Assembly: GCA_965248265.1 (NCBI GenBank)
Contig: CBDFJF010000001.1
Location: forward strand, 1,376,001 to 1,440,000
Source: Candidatus Latescibacterota bacterium
Lineage (GTDB): Bacteria > Latescibacterota > UBA2968 > UBA8231
Length of the DNA stretch: 64,000 nt
Reading direction: 5' to 3'
The translations under genes were made by a program, and so were the position numbers. Position 1 is the first letter of the stretch; the number at the start of each line of letters is the position of its first letter. The notes under the pieces were generated by a model. That model searched no databases and was not told where the DNA came from. It saw only the letters and a program-made list of their open reading frames with translations. Below, piece after piece: positions 1 to 7,927 of this stretch.

Positions 1-1
1 G

Positions 2-1609
2 TTCTTTGGTCTGCTGAGGGCGCTGGCCAACGCGCATTCGGTTGCCTTTGTAACCACTTCCCACCTCACGTTGCAGTCTCTGTGCCATACCAGTCAGATC
101 TCCGAATCACCCTTCTTCAATATTTTCGCTGAATTAAAAATCGGACCGTTCAACGAAGCGGAGGTCAAGGAGCTCGTTGCCAAACCCTCAGCCAGTGCGG
201 GGACGCCACTCTCGACCCACGAAGAAACGCTCGTGGATCTCAGCGGCCATCTGCCCCTATTCCTCCAGATTGCCTGTGCGGCCGCGTTCGAGTGTTTGAA
301 TGAGAACCAGGACCATGAGCTGATCCACTCTCTCCTTGAGCAGCGCTTCATGGAGGAGGCAGTCTCTCACTTTCGATATATATGGGATCATTTCGATGAA
401 GCTGAGCGGGAAACCGCTGTAATCCTGGCCGTCAATTCCACGCCCACGGCTGCCCTTTCTACGGTGCGCTCCCTCCTGGGAGACGGTTTCGTGCGCAATG
501 TGCAGGGCCGGACCCGGCTTTTTTCGGCCTCGTTTTCCGCTTTCGCTAGAGAGCAGATGCCGGAGGTGCCGAAGGCGACCGCGGGCAGTATTCCATCGCC
601 CCCATCCAGCCTCGAACCGCCCATGAGATCGGCGATCGACCCGGTAGCCGAAGAAGAAGATCCATTTCCGCAAATCGTGGGCCGCAGCATCGCCATCCGT
701 CGCGTATTCGCCTTGATGCAAAAGGCCGTCGTCGCAGACGATACCGTCCTGCTCACGGGCGAGACCGGCACCGGCAAGGAACTGGTCGCCCGCTGTATTC
801 ACGAGAGCAGCCGGCGCGGCAGCGGTCCTTTCGTTGCGGTGAACTGCGGCGCAATCGCCGAACACTTGCAGGAGAGCGAGTTGTTCGGTCATAAGAAGGG
901 TGCATTCACCGATGCGGCCGCCGATCGCGAGGGATTGTTCGAAGCCGCTCATGAGGGCACGCTTTTTCTAGACGAGATCGGCGAGGTGGGCAGTGCCACC
1001 CAGGTCAAACTTCTGCGCGTTTTGCAGGAGGGGGAGATCCGCCGCGTGGGCGAGAATCACGCCCGCCAGGTGGATATCCGCCTCATTTGCGCCACCAACC
1101 GGAACCTTGAAGAAGAAGTAGAGGCGGGCCGATTCCGCCAGGATCTCTACTATCGCCTCTACGTAATCGCGCTCGAGCTTCCGGCCCTGCGCGATCGCAC
1201 GTCAGATATCCGCCTGTTGGTGGACAGCTTTCTGGCGGAGTATCCGGCGGGCACAACCGAGGATGCAGTGACCCATCTAAATGGTTACTCTTGGCCTGGA
1301 AACATTCGCGAGCTGGAAAATCAGCTTGCCAGCGCCCGCGCGATGGCAGGGGGCGATGCGATCCGTCCCCAACATCTGTGGCCCCGATTGCAGCTGGCCG
1401 CTGCCGAAGATGTCAACGTTGGTGGCTTCCGCACCGAGCTGACCAATTCCCTCTCCTTCAAAGAGGCTCGGGAGCAATTCGAAAGAGACTTGATCCAGTC
1501 ACGGCTGGAGAGACATGATTGGGAGATCGGCGCGGCGGCCGAGGCGCTGGATATCTCGCGGAGTCGACTATACGAGCTCGTGAAGCGCCACGGATTGAAG
1601 CGAGAGTGA
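2..1609 (+). CDS. STAND-like NTPase (C-terminal part) fused to sigma54-dependent enhancer-binding AAA+ domain and Fis-type HTH; 5' end lies outside the window
   Basis: The frame is open from base 2 (FFGLLRALANAHSVAFVTTS...). It shares the LCxTxxIxxSPFFNIF motif with 5021 and 6056. A Pro-rich linker is followed by Walker A GETGTGKE, ESELFGH, GAFTDA, Walker B LFLDEIGE, RFRQDLYYRL, WPGNIRELEN and the C-terminal HTH AAEALDISRSRLYELVK. Confidence 0.93.
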   Translation, partial: FFGLLRALANAHSVAFVTTSHLTLQSLCHTSQISESPFFNIFAELKIGPFNEAEVKELVAKPSASAGTPLSTHEETLVDLSGHLPLFLQIACAAAFECLNENQDHELIHSLLEQRFMEEAVSHFRYIWDHFDEAERETAVILAVNSTPTAALSTVRSLLGDGFVRNVQGRTRLFSASFSAFAREQMPEVPKATAGSIPSPPSSLEPPMRSAIDPVAEEEDPFPQIVGRSIAIRRVFALMQKAVVADDTVLLTGETGTGKELVARCIHESSRRGSGPFVAVNCGAIAEHLQESELFGHKKGAFTDAAADREGLFEAAHEGTLFLDEIGEVGSATQVKLLRVLQEGEIRRVGENHARQVDIRLICATNRNLEEEVEAGRFRQDLYYRLYVIALELPALRDRTSDIRLLVDSFLAEYPAGTTEDAVTHLNGYSWPGNIRELENQLASARAMAGGDAIRPQHLWPRLQLAAAEDVNVGGFRTELTNSLSFKEAREQFERDLIQSRLERHDWEIGAAAEALDISRSRLYELVKRHGLKRE

Positions 1610-1628
1610 TATCCGCTCTGCGTCACGC

Positions 1629-1675
1629 GTCCGGAAAACAGGATTTCCGACCTGAATCCGTCTTGAATCCCGGAC
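1629..1675. promoter_or_regulatory. Two imperfect 16-bp dyads, candidate upstream activator sequences for the sigma54 activator
   Basis: GTCCGGAAAACAGGAT (1629-1644) and GTCTTGAATCCCGGAC (1660-1675) both approximate GTCCGG-N4-CCGGAC. They are 31 bp apart (about 3 helical turns) and about 100-150 bp upstream of the -24/-12 element. Confidence 0.55.
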
Positions 1676-1776
1676 AGCTGAACTGACCCTCGCCGATTTT
1701 CCCGTCCATCCATTTTTCTCTAAGTTACAATGAAAATTCGACGTTACGTATCATGGGCGTCTTTCGGGACTTGCGG

Positions 1777-1791
1777 TGGCACGGCCATTGC
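1777..1791 (+). promoter_or_regulatory. sigma54 (RpoN) -24/-12 promoter
   Basis: TGGCAC-GGCCA-TTGC is an exact match to TGGCAC-N5-TTGC. It lies in the intergenic gap between a bEBP gene and a tightly packed operon. Confidence 0.88.
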
Positions 1792-1865
1792 GATAGAGAA
1801 CCCGGAGGCAGTCCGTTGATGCCAGATTGGACTCCAAACTTGAAAAAACTTCACTGAAGTGGAAT

Positions 1866-4208
1866 ATGGCACCCTCTCAACAAACCGGTGAGTTCAGTCC
1901 CATTTCGCCGAACCCGTTTATTACGGGCAATCCAGTACGTGATCCCAGCCTCTTCTTCGGGCGGGAGGACGATTTCGCCCACGTGCGCCAACGCCTCATC
2001 GCCGAGTCGGAAGGCATCGTGATGCTGTTCGTCGGCGAGCGGCGCAGCGGCAAGACCTCCATCATGTTCCAGATCCTGGATGGTCGCCTGGGCGAGGAGT
2101 TCCTGCCGATCTTCATCGACATGCAACAGATCGCCGGTATTACGGGGGACAACGACCTGCTGGGACGCATCGCCGAGTTCACCATCGAGCAGATCGATGA
2201 CCAGCGGCTGGTAGTTGAGTACTACGACTTTGCTCAAGGGAATCCCGTACTCACGTTCGACCGGTTGCTGGACGATATCCGCCAGATCTTCCCAGACAAG
2301 CGCCTGGTTTTTCTGGTAGACGAGGCGGAGATCCTGCAAGCCAAGGAAATGCGTGAGGAGATCACCAGCGCCGCCGTGATGTACCTCTCCAATATCCTCG
2401 AGAGTCGGAATGTGTCGTTCTGCTTCACCGGTTCCAGCGGTCTGGCCGACTCAGGCAGTACGGGCTGGCGTCGCTTGATCAGCAAGGGGGAAGCACGGGA
2501 GATCACCTTCCTGAGCAAGACCGATACCCTGCGTCTGATACAGCATCCCGTTGAGGGGCGCGTACACTACGGAGAGGGGGTGGTCGACTCGATTTACGAC
2601 CTCACTTTCGGCCATCCGTTCTACACCCAGGTGATTTGCACCAACGTCGTGGACTATCTCAATGAAGCGCAGAAAAACGATTTGAGTGTGGAAGGTCTGC
2701 AGGACGTCGTGCGCACGATCATCGACAACCCACCCCCGCAGATGGTGTACGCCTGGGACGAATTGAGTGACACGGACAGGCTTTCTCTTTCGCTGTTGAG
2801 CGAGGAGAGCGACGAGGCCGTTCTGGTAAAGCCGCAGGAACTCTTTGAGAAAATTAGTGAAAACAATTATCCACTGCAGCTGAAGTCGGATGCGTTGCAC
2901 AAGTCGCTGGAGGATCTTTACGCACACAAGGTGCTGGAACGGGACGACGAAGGAGGATATCGGTTCAGGGTCGATCTCTTTCGCCAGTGGATCCGGCGGG
3001 CCCGCTCCATCTGGAGCCTGGTAGAAGAGCAAGCCCCGCACAAGGGTCGGCAGGCGGTCTGGGCCGGCGCTGGTGTCGTCGCTTTCGCACTCGCAGCTAC
3101 GCTGGGATACTGGCTTTCCGGATCAACGGATAGTGAAACTTCAGCTGGAGTTACCCCGCCTGCGCTGGAGAAGGGCCGCATGTGGGTCGAATCGGACCTG
3201 CGCGAGGTGCAGGTTCTCGTAAACGGCGTGGAACGAGCCTCGAGAGCGCCTGTAATGATTTCCGATCTGCAACCGGGGAATTACAAAGTCGAGGTGAAGA
3301 AACCGAAGTTTCACACCTGGAGTCGTGAGGTAGCCATCCATGCGGGGCAAACCGACAGTCTTCAGGTCGATCTGGTGCGCCAGACCGGATCCCTCAGCGT
3401 GCGCTCCCAACCGGCAGGGGTGTTGGTACAGATCGAAGGCGAGCTCGACACCAGCGCAGTCACTCCCATCGAAGAACTGGCTCTGCCAACAGGGGGTTAC
3501 CAGGTTTTGATGAGACAGCAAGGATACGTCGAACAACGCCGCACAGTGGTTATCGACGATGGCGCCCCCGTGGAGGTGCAGTTCCAGCTGCGCGCCCGGG
3601 TGGGCAACATCTATGTCGAATCACAACCACGAGGTGCCCTGATCCTGCTCGATGGCAAGTCTACCGGCTTGAAGTCGCCTGCGCTTCTGCAAGGCCAACC
3701 GGTAGGTCGCCACAACGTCGGACTGCGGCTTGCCGACTATCAAACCACCGACAAACAAATCGACGTCGCTCTGGGGCAGACGGACACGGTGCGTTGGAGT
3801 TTGACGTTAAACCCCGCCCAAATCCAGATAACCAGTGTCCCCCCGGGCGCGGATATCCTCATCGATGGAAAAACGCATGGCCAGACGCCGGCCGGAATTC
3901 AACTCGAGCCGGGCCGATATCGGTTGCAGCTCGTACTGGAAGGTTACGAGCCCCACGAATTAGAGCAGGAGCTTCAGCCGGGCCAGTCCTACGAACCGCG
4001 GATCACTCTTGTGCCCCAGTACGGTTGGTTGCGAATCGTGAAACCCCTCTTCGGCACGGTGGTCATCAATGGCTCCGACGAACACACGGTGCCACCGGGT
4101 GATATACAGCTGCAAGTAGGCGCCTATAGCATCGCGAGCAAAGGGAATACCCAATCCACGAAGGTTACCGTCACCAAGGGTGATACAGTAAAGGTCTCAT
4201 TGCCATGA
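1866..4208 (+). CDS. STAND-like NTPase - single transmembrane helix - extracytoplasmic PEGA repeats
   Basis: NPFITGNPV...FFGRE N-terminus, Walker A GERRSGKTS, Walker B LVFLVDEAE, GHPFYTQ, TM helix WAGAGVVAFALAATLGYWL, then 4-5 PEGA-type repeats (VRSQPAGV, VESQPRGALILLDG, ITSVPPGADILIDG..GQTP). The start is ATG 1866 or TTG 1827. Confidence 0.88.
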   Translation: MAPSQQTGEFSPISPNPFITGNPVRDPSLFFGREDDFAHVRQRLIAESEGIVMLFVGERRSGKTSIMFQILDGRLGEEFLPIFIDMQQIAGITGDNDLLGRIAEFTIEQIDDQRLVVEYYDFAQGNPVLTFDRLLDDIRQIFPDKRLVFLVDEAEILQAKEMREEITSAAVMYLSNILESRNVSFCFTGSSGLADSGSTGWRRLISKGEAREITFLSKTDTLRLIQHPVEGRVHYGEGVVDSIYDLTFGHPFYTQVICTNVVDYLNEAQKNDLSVEGLQDVVRTIIDNPPPQMVYAWDELSDTDRLSLSLLSEESDEAVLVKPQELFEKISENNYPLQLKSDALHKSLEDLYAHKVLERDDEGGYRFRVDLFRQWIRRARSIWSLVEEQAPHKGRQAVWAGAGVVAFALAATLGYWLSGSTDSETSAGVTPPALEKGRMWVESDLREVQVLVNGVERASRAPVMISDLQPGNYKVEVKKPKFHTWSREVAIHAGQTDSLQVDLVRQTGSLSVRSQPAGVLVQIEGELDTSAVTPIEELALPTGGYQVLMRQQGYVEQRRTVVIDDGAPVEVQFQLRARVGNIYVESQPRGALILLDGKSTGLKSPALLQGQPVGRHNVGLRLADYQTTDKQIDVALGQTDTVRWSLTLNPAQIQITSVPPGADILIDGKTHGQTPAGIQLEPGRYRLQLVLEGYEPHELEQELQPGQSYEPRITLVPQYGWLRIVKPLFGTVVINGSDEHTVPPGDIQLQVGAYSIASKGNTQSTKVTVTKGDTVKVSLP

Positions 4209-5002
4209 AAAATTCTCGAAGGGTGGGTACAGTTGTCGCAGCCGTGGTAATGGTCGCCACTCCGCTTTTGAGCCAGGATTCGCCGTTGCAAAAAGCGATT
4301 GCTCAATTTTACGAGGGGGAATGGGAAGGATCGATTGGCGCGATGAACGTGTTGCTTGCGGATGACTCGATGGCGCTCGACGAACAATCGATGGCACGAA
4401 AATTCGTCGCCCTTGGTTACATACTCCTGGGACGGGACGCGGAAGCCGTGTCAGTCTACAAACAGATCGTTCGCGATGATCCGTCTTTTGACATGGACGC
4501 ATTGTCCATAGAGGGAGGGGAGACCCCGGAGGCAGCAGTCCGTTTCTTTGGCCAGGCGATATTGGAGGTGCGTCAGGAAGACATGCGGACTCGGGAAGCT
4601 CAGCTGGCGCGGACCTCGCGCCGAAGCGCGCTGCTGCGTTCCGCCCTGCTACCTGGATGGGGCCAACGCTATCAGGGGTACCGGGGCCGCAGTTTTGTGA
4701 TGATGGGGGGCATGGCGGCGGCGGCCATTTACGCCGTCTCCACGGAGCGCGCCTACCGGACGGCCAAAGATGACTACGAAATGGCGCGTCCTGGTGCCGA
4801 TTTCGAAAACCTGTTCGACGAGTACACCCGCAAGGCAGACCAGTCCGATGTGGCCATCGGCATTCTTGGGGCGGTCTGGCTGTACAATGTGCTGGATACG
4901 GTTTTTCAGGGGCCGAATATCGAACGTCCCAGCGGCGGCTTATTCCTGTGGAACGGGCCCGGTGAACAGGGCCTGCGCATGAGTTACAGAGTGAGATTCT
5001 AA
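4205..5002 (+). CDS. Exported protein: signal peptide, TPR-like helices, DUF5683-like C-terminal hydrophobic domain
   Basis: ATGA overlap with the upstream gene; signal peptide MKNSRRVGTVVAAVVMVATPLLS; motif SALLPGWGQRY followed by two hydrophobic segments; ends in YRVRF. Confidence 0.7.
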   Translation: MKNSRRVGTVVAAVVMVATPLLSQDSPLQKAIAQFYEGEWEGSIGAMNVLLADDSMALDEQSMARKFVALGYILLGRDAEAVSVYKQIVRDDPSFDMDALSIEGGETPEAAVRFFGQAILEVRQEDMRTREAQLARTSRRSALLRSALLPGWGQRYQGYRGRSFVMMGGMAAAAIYAVSTERAYRTAKDDYEMARPGADFENLFDEYTRKADQSDVAIGILGAVWLYNVLDTVFQGPNIERPSGGLFLWNGPGEQGLRMSYRVRF

Positions 5003-5020
5003 GGAGAAAGCGGGTCGAAC

Positions 5021-6046
5021 GTGGAAAACCCATACGTACACACTCGTCCCATCGAGGGCAACAATGAATTCTACAACCGCACGTCCGAGATCATGCGGAT
5101 CTCCTCTCGGGTGGCGGCGGACCGGCCACAGTCGGTCTCCATCGTTGGTGAACCGGGCATCGGTAAGACCTCACTACTGAACTGGCTGTGCGATCCGACC
5201 TCCCAAGCAGAGTATCTCGACGAGCCCGACTCGTACGTGATGCTGCTACTCAGCCTCGAGAAAAATTCTCCCGAGAATCCCGAAGCGTTCTTTGGCCTCG
5301 TGCAAACCGCTCTCGACGCGGCCGATCGCGGATCGATGAAGCCCAACTACGACGGATTCAACGATCTGGTGAAACGGTTGATGCAGGAAAAGAAAAAGCT
5401 GGTTCTGTTCTGCGATGACTTCGGAGCCGTAACCCAGCACCAGGATTTTCCACTGGACTTCTTCTCCTTCATGCGCTCCTTGGCCAACAGCCACGATGTT
5501 GGATATGTGACCACTTCTTCGGGACCCTTGCAGAAGTTGTGTCACACCCAGGATATCGAGGAGTCGCCCTTCTTCAACATCTTCACCACCGTTAATCTCG
5601 AGGCTTTCAAGGCCGAAGAAGCCCGGCGCCTCGTGGAGGAACCAGCCCGGGCGGCGGGTCGACCGTTCGAGCAGGAGACCGAATGGGTGCTGGATCTGGG
5701 GGGCAACCTCCCTTACCTGTTGCAGGCCACGGCCAGCATCGCCTTCGATGTTCGCATCAACGGATCTATTGAGCAAGAAGACCTGCGCGACGCCGCCGCC
5801 AGGGAGGTGAAGGGATACCTCGAAGCCCTGTGGGAAGATGCGTTTACCGAGGCGGAGCAGGAGGTCCTGCGCCGCCTCTCTGGTGGCAAACCGGTGGAAC
5901 GCCGCCTGGAGTTTGCCGCCGAGGCATTGGAACGCAGTGGTCATCTGCGTAGAGCCGGCTCCGACTACGAGATCGCCGCGGGTCTGCTTGCCCGCTTTGT
6001 CAAGGATCACAGCAGCGGCGGTTTTCTGAAACGGTTGTTCGGCTGA
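5021..6046 (+). CDS. Stand-alone STAND-like NTPase with C-terminal amphipathic tail
   Basis: RBS AAGGAG upstream; NPY..RPI....FYNR; Walker A GEPGIGKTS; Walker B LVLFCDDF; SPFFNIF; GNLPYLLQ; ends in GGFLKRLFG. Confidence 0.88.
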   Translation: MENPYVHTRPIEGNNEFYNRTSEIMRISSRVAADRPQSVSIVGEPGIGKTSLLNWLCDPTSQAEYLDEPDSYVMLLLSLEKNSPENPEAFFGLVQTALDAADRGSMKPNYDGFNDLVKRLMQEKKKLVLFCDDFGAVTQHQDFPLDFFSFMRSLANSHDVGYVTTSSGPLQKLCHTQDIEESPFFNIFTTVNLEAFKAEEARRLVEEPARAAGRPFEQETEWVLDLGGNLPYLLQATASIAFDVRINGSIEQEDLRDAAAREVKGYLEALWEDAFTEAEQEVLRRLSGGKPVERRLEFAAEALERSGHLRRAGSDYEIAAGLLARFVKDHSSGGFLKRLFG

Positions 6047-6055
6047 GGGATCCAT

Positions 6056-7846
6056 TTGAAAATCCCGCGCAATCCCTATCTAAACCGCTCGATGATCCGT
6101 GCGCCCAGCATGTTCTACGGGCGTCGCAAGGAAGTGATGCGTCTGGCGTCGCGCATCGGGGCGGATCCACCCCAGTCGGTGGCGATCGTCGGGGACCGCC
6201 GCATTGGCAAGTCTTCCCTGTTGTCCTACATCGCTCATCCAGACATCGTTGCGGATTATCTGGACGATCCCGACAAGGCACTGTTTCTGTTCATGGATTT
6301 TCAGGAGGAGCTGCGCCTGAGCATTGCGGGATTCATCGAATCAGTGTTTCGCCATCTGCAAGGCCAACTGCCGGTATTGATCCCGCAGGATCCGACCCCA
6401 GACCATCTGCGGGAGCTGGTGGCACAACTCCATCGGGATGGCTACCGGCTCATCCTGCTTCTGGATGAGTTCGATCGCTTAACGCGCAGCTCGAACTTCG
6501 ATGCCGACTTCTTCGCCCATCTGCGCTCACTCTCTGGGCATTTCAACATCGCCTTCGTCACTTCCACCAGCCGCGATCTGCAGAAGCTCTGTCGCACTCA
6601 AGAGATCTCCGATTCACCTTTTTTCAACATCTTTTCCACCGTTTATCTAGGACCGCTGGAATCCGACGAGGCGGTCGCCCTCATTCGCGAGCCGTCTGGA
6701 TCGACCCCGTTTCCGCTTGAACAATACATGGATATGATTCTCGAACTCGGTGGTCATTTCCCGTTCTTCCTCCAAATGGCTTGCTCCGCCGCCTTCGAGG
6801 TGTTGGTCGAAGAGGGTGAATGCATTCGCGAGCGCGTCGAGGCCCGATTTTTGGAAGAAGCCAGTCCTCATTTTCAATTTTACTGGGAGCAGATGGGAGC
6901 AGTGGACCGAGCACTTTGCAATCAGATGGCCATTGAAGGCGAAGTGGATATGGCGAGCTCGGAATGCCAGGAGCTGCAGCGTCGCGGCTTCGCCCTGGAG
7001 AAGGGGCGGCTCTTCTCCACCGCGTTTGCCAACTTCGTCCGGGAATCCTACGAGCGTGAAATCGGCGAGGTGCCCTTGGAAGTCCAGGCTGAGCGTGCAC
7101 GGAGCATGGAGGAGGAGCTTGACCGTGCGCGAGAGATGCAGATGGGACTTCTGCCCCAGAAAAGTCCTCAAACCGATGGGTTCGACCTGGCGGGACGGTG
7201 TGAACCGGCAACGCAGGTTGGGGGCGATTTCTACACCTACGTCTGGCTCGATGAGGCTCACACCAGGCTGGCCATCGTCGCCGTGGACGTCATGGGGCAC
7301 GGAATGCAGGGTGCCGTGACCGCGCTGCGATTCAGCGAAACACTTCGCTACGAAGTAAGGGAATGCGGCGATGCGGTGAAATTGCTGAGTGCTCTGAACC
7401 GGGCGCTATGCGGAACGCTCAAAAGTGGCGAGTTCGTCGGTTGCTGTGTCGCTGTCTTGGACGTGACCGAGCGCCGTCTCGACGTGGCGGTGGCTGGGTA
7501 CCATCCCCCCCTGCACTACGAGGCTGAAGCGGGAATGGTGAGGGAACTCGAGTTGGGCAATCTGCCCTTGGGAATCAAGGAGGATACCGACTACGTGGGC
7601 ACCTCGTTCAAGTTGAACAAGGATGACCGGTTGCTGTTCTACTCGGATGGGGTGATCGAGGCGCAGGACGACAGACAAGTGTTATACGGCGAGGAGCGCA
7701 TACAGGAACTGCTGTTGCAGAGTACGCGGGAAGGGTTGGACTCGGAGGCGCTGTTGGACCGACTGTACTGGGACGTGGGACGATTCTCGGCGAGCACGGG
7801 ACAGCAGGATGATACAACCTCGATCGCCGTGCGCGTGACGCGCTAG
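6056..7846 (+). CDS. STAND-like NTPase fused to PP2C/SpoIIE (RsbU-like) Ser/Thr phosphatase
   Basis: NPYLNRSMI...FYGR, Walker A GDRRIGKSS, Walker B LILLLDEFD, SPFFNIF, GHFPFFLQ. Then the linker EEELDRAREMQMGLLP and PP2C motifs VGGDFY, VDVMGHG, YSDGVIE, QQDDTT. Confidence 0.92.
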   Translation: MKIPRNPYLNRSMIRAPSMFYGRRKEVMRLASRIGADPPQSVAIVGDRRIGKSSLLSYIAHPDIVADYLDDPDKALFLFMDFQEELRLSIAGFIESVFRHLQGQLPVLIPQDPTPDHLRELVAQLHRDGYRLILLLDEFDRLTRSSNFDADFFAHLRSLSGHFNIAFVTSTSRDLQKLCRTQEISDSPFFNIFSTVYLGPLESDEAVALIREPSGSTPFPLEQYMDMILELGGHFPFFLQMACSAAFEVLVEEGECIRERVEARFLEEASPHFQFYWEQMGAVDRALCNQMAIEGEVDMASSECQELQRRGFALEKGRLFSTAFANFVRESYEREIGEVPLEVQAERARSMEEELDRAREMQMGLLPQKSPQTDGFDLAGRCEPATQVGGDFYTYVWLDEAHTRLAIVAVDVMGHGMQGAVTALRFSETLRYEVRECGDAVKLLSALNRALCGTLKSGEFVGCCVAVLDVTERRLDVAVAGYHPPLHYEAEAGMVRELELGNLPLGIKEDTDYVGTSFKLNKDDRLLFYSDGVIEAQDDRQVLYGEERIQELLLQSTREGLDSEALLDRLYWDVGRFSASTGQQDDTTSIAVRVTR

Positions 7847-7927
7847 GGGGCCGAATCATATGAGCGCTCGATGCCGACGCCATTGGACACTGAGCGCGGG
7901 CGGGTTTCTCTTGCCGTGCGGGGGTAG

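Noticed and set aside
895-920. GAFTDA instead of GAFTGA as a sign of an inactive activator
   Set aside because: GAFTDA is a common natural variant, all other bEBP motifs are intact, and a sigma54 promoter is adjacent.
1711-1752. IHF site between the dyads and the promoter
   Set aside because: AT-rich, but no convincing match to WATCAANNNNTTR on either strand.
1-7846. Avs/NLR-type antiphage defence reading of the STAND cluster
   Set aside because: No nuclease, TIR, SIR2 or protease effector and no long TPR/WD40 sensor on the NTPases. The outputs are regulatory. A role in stress or attack sensing is not excluded.
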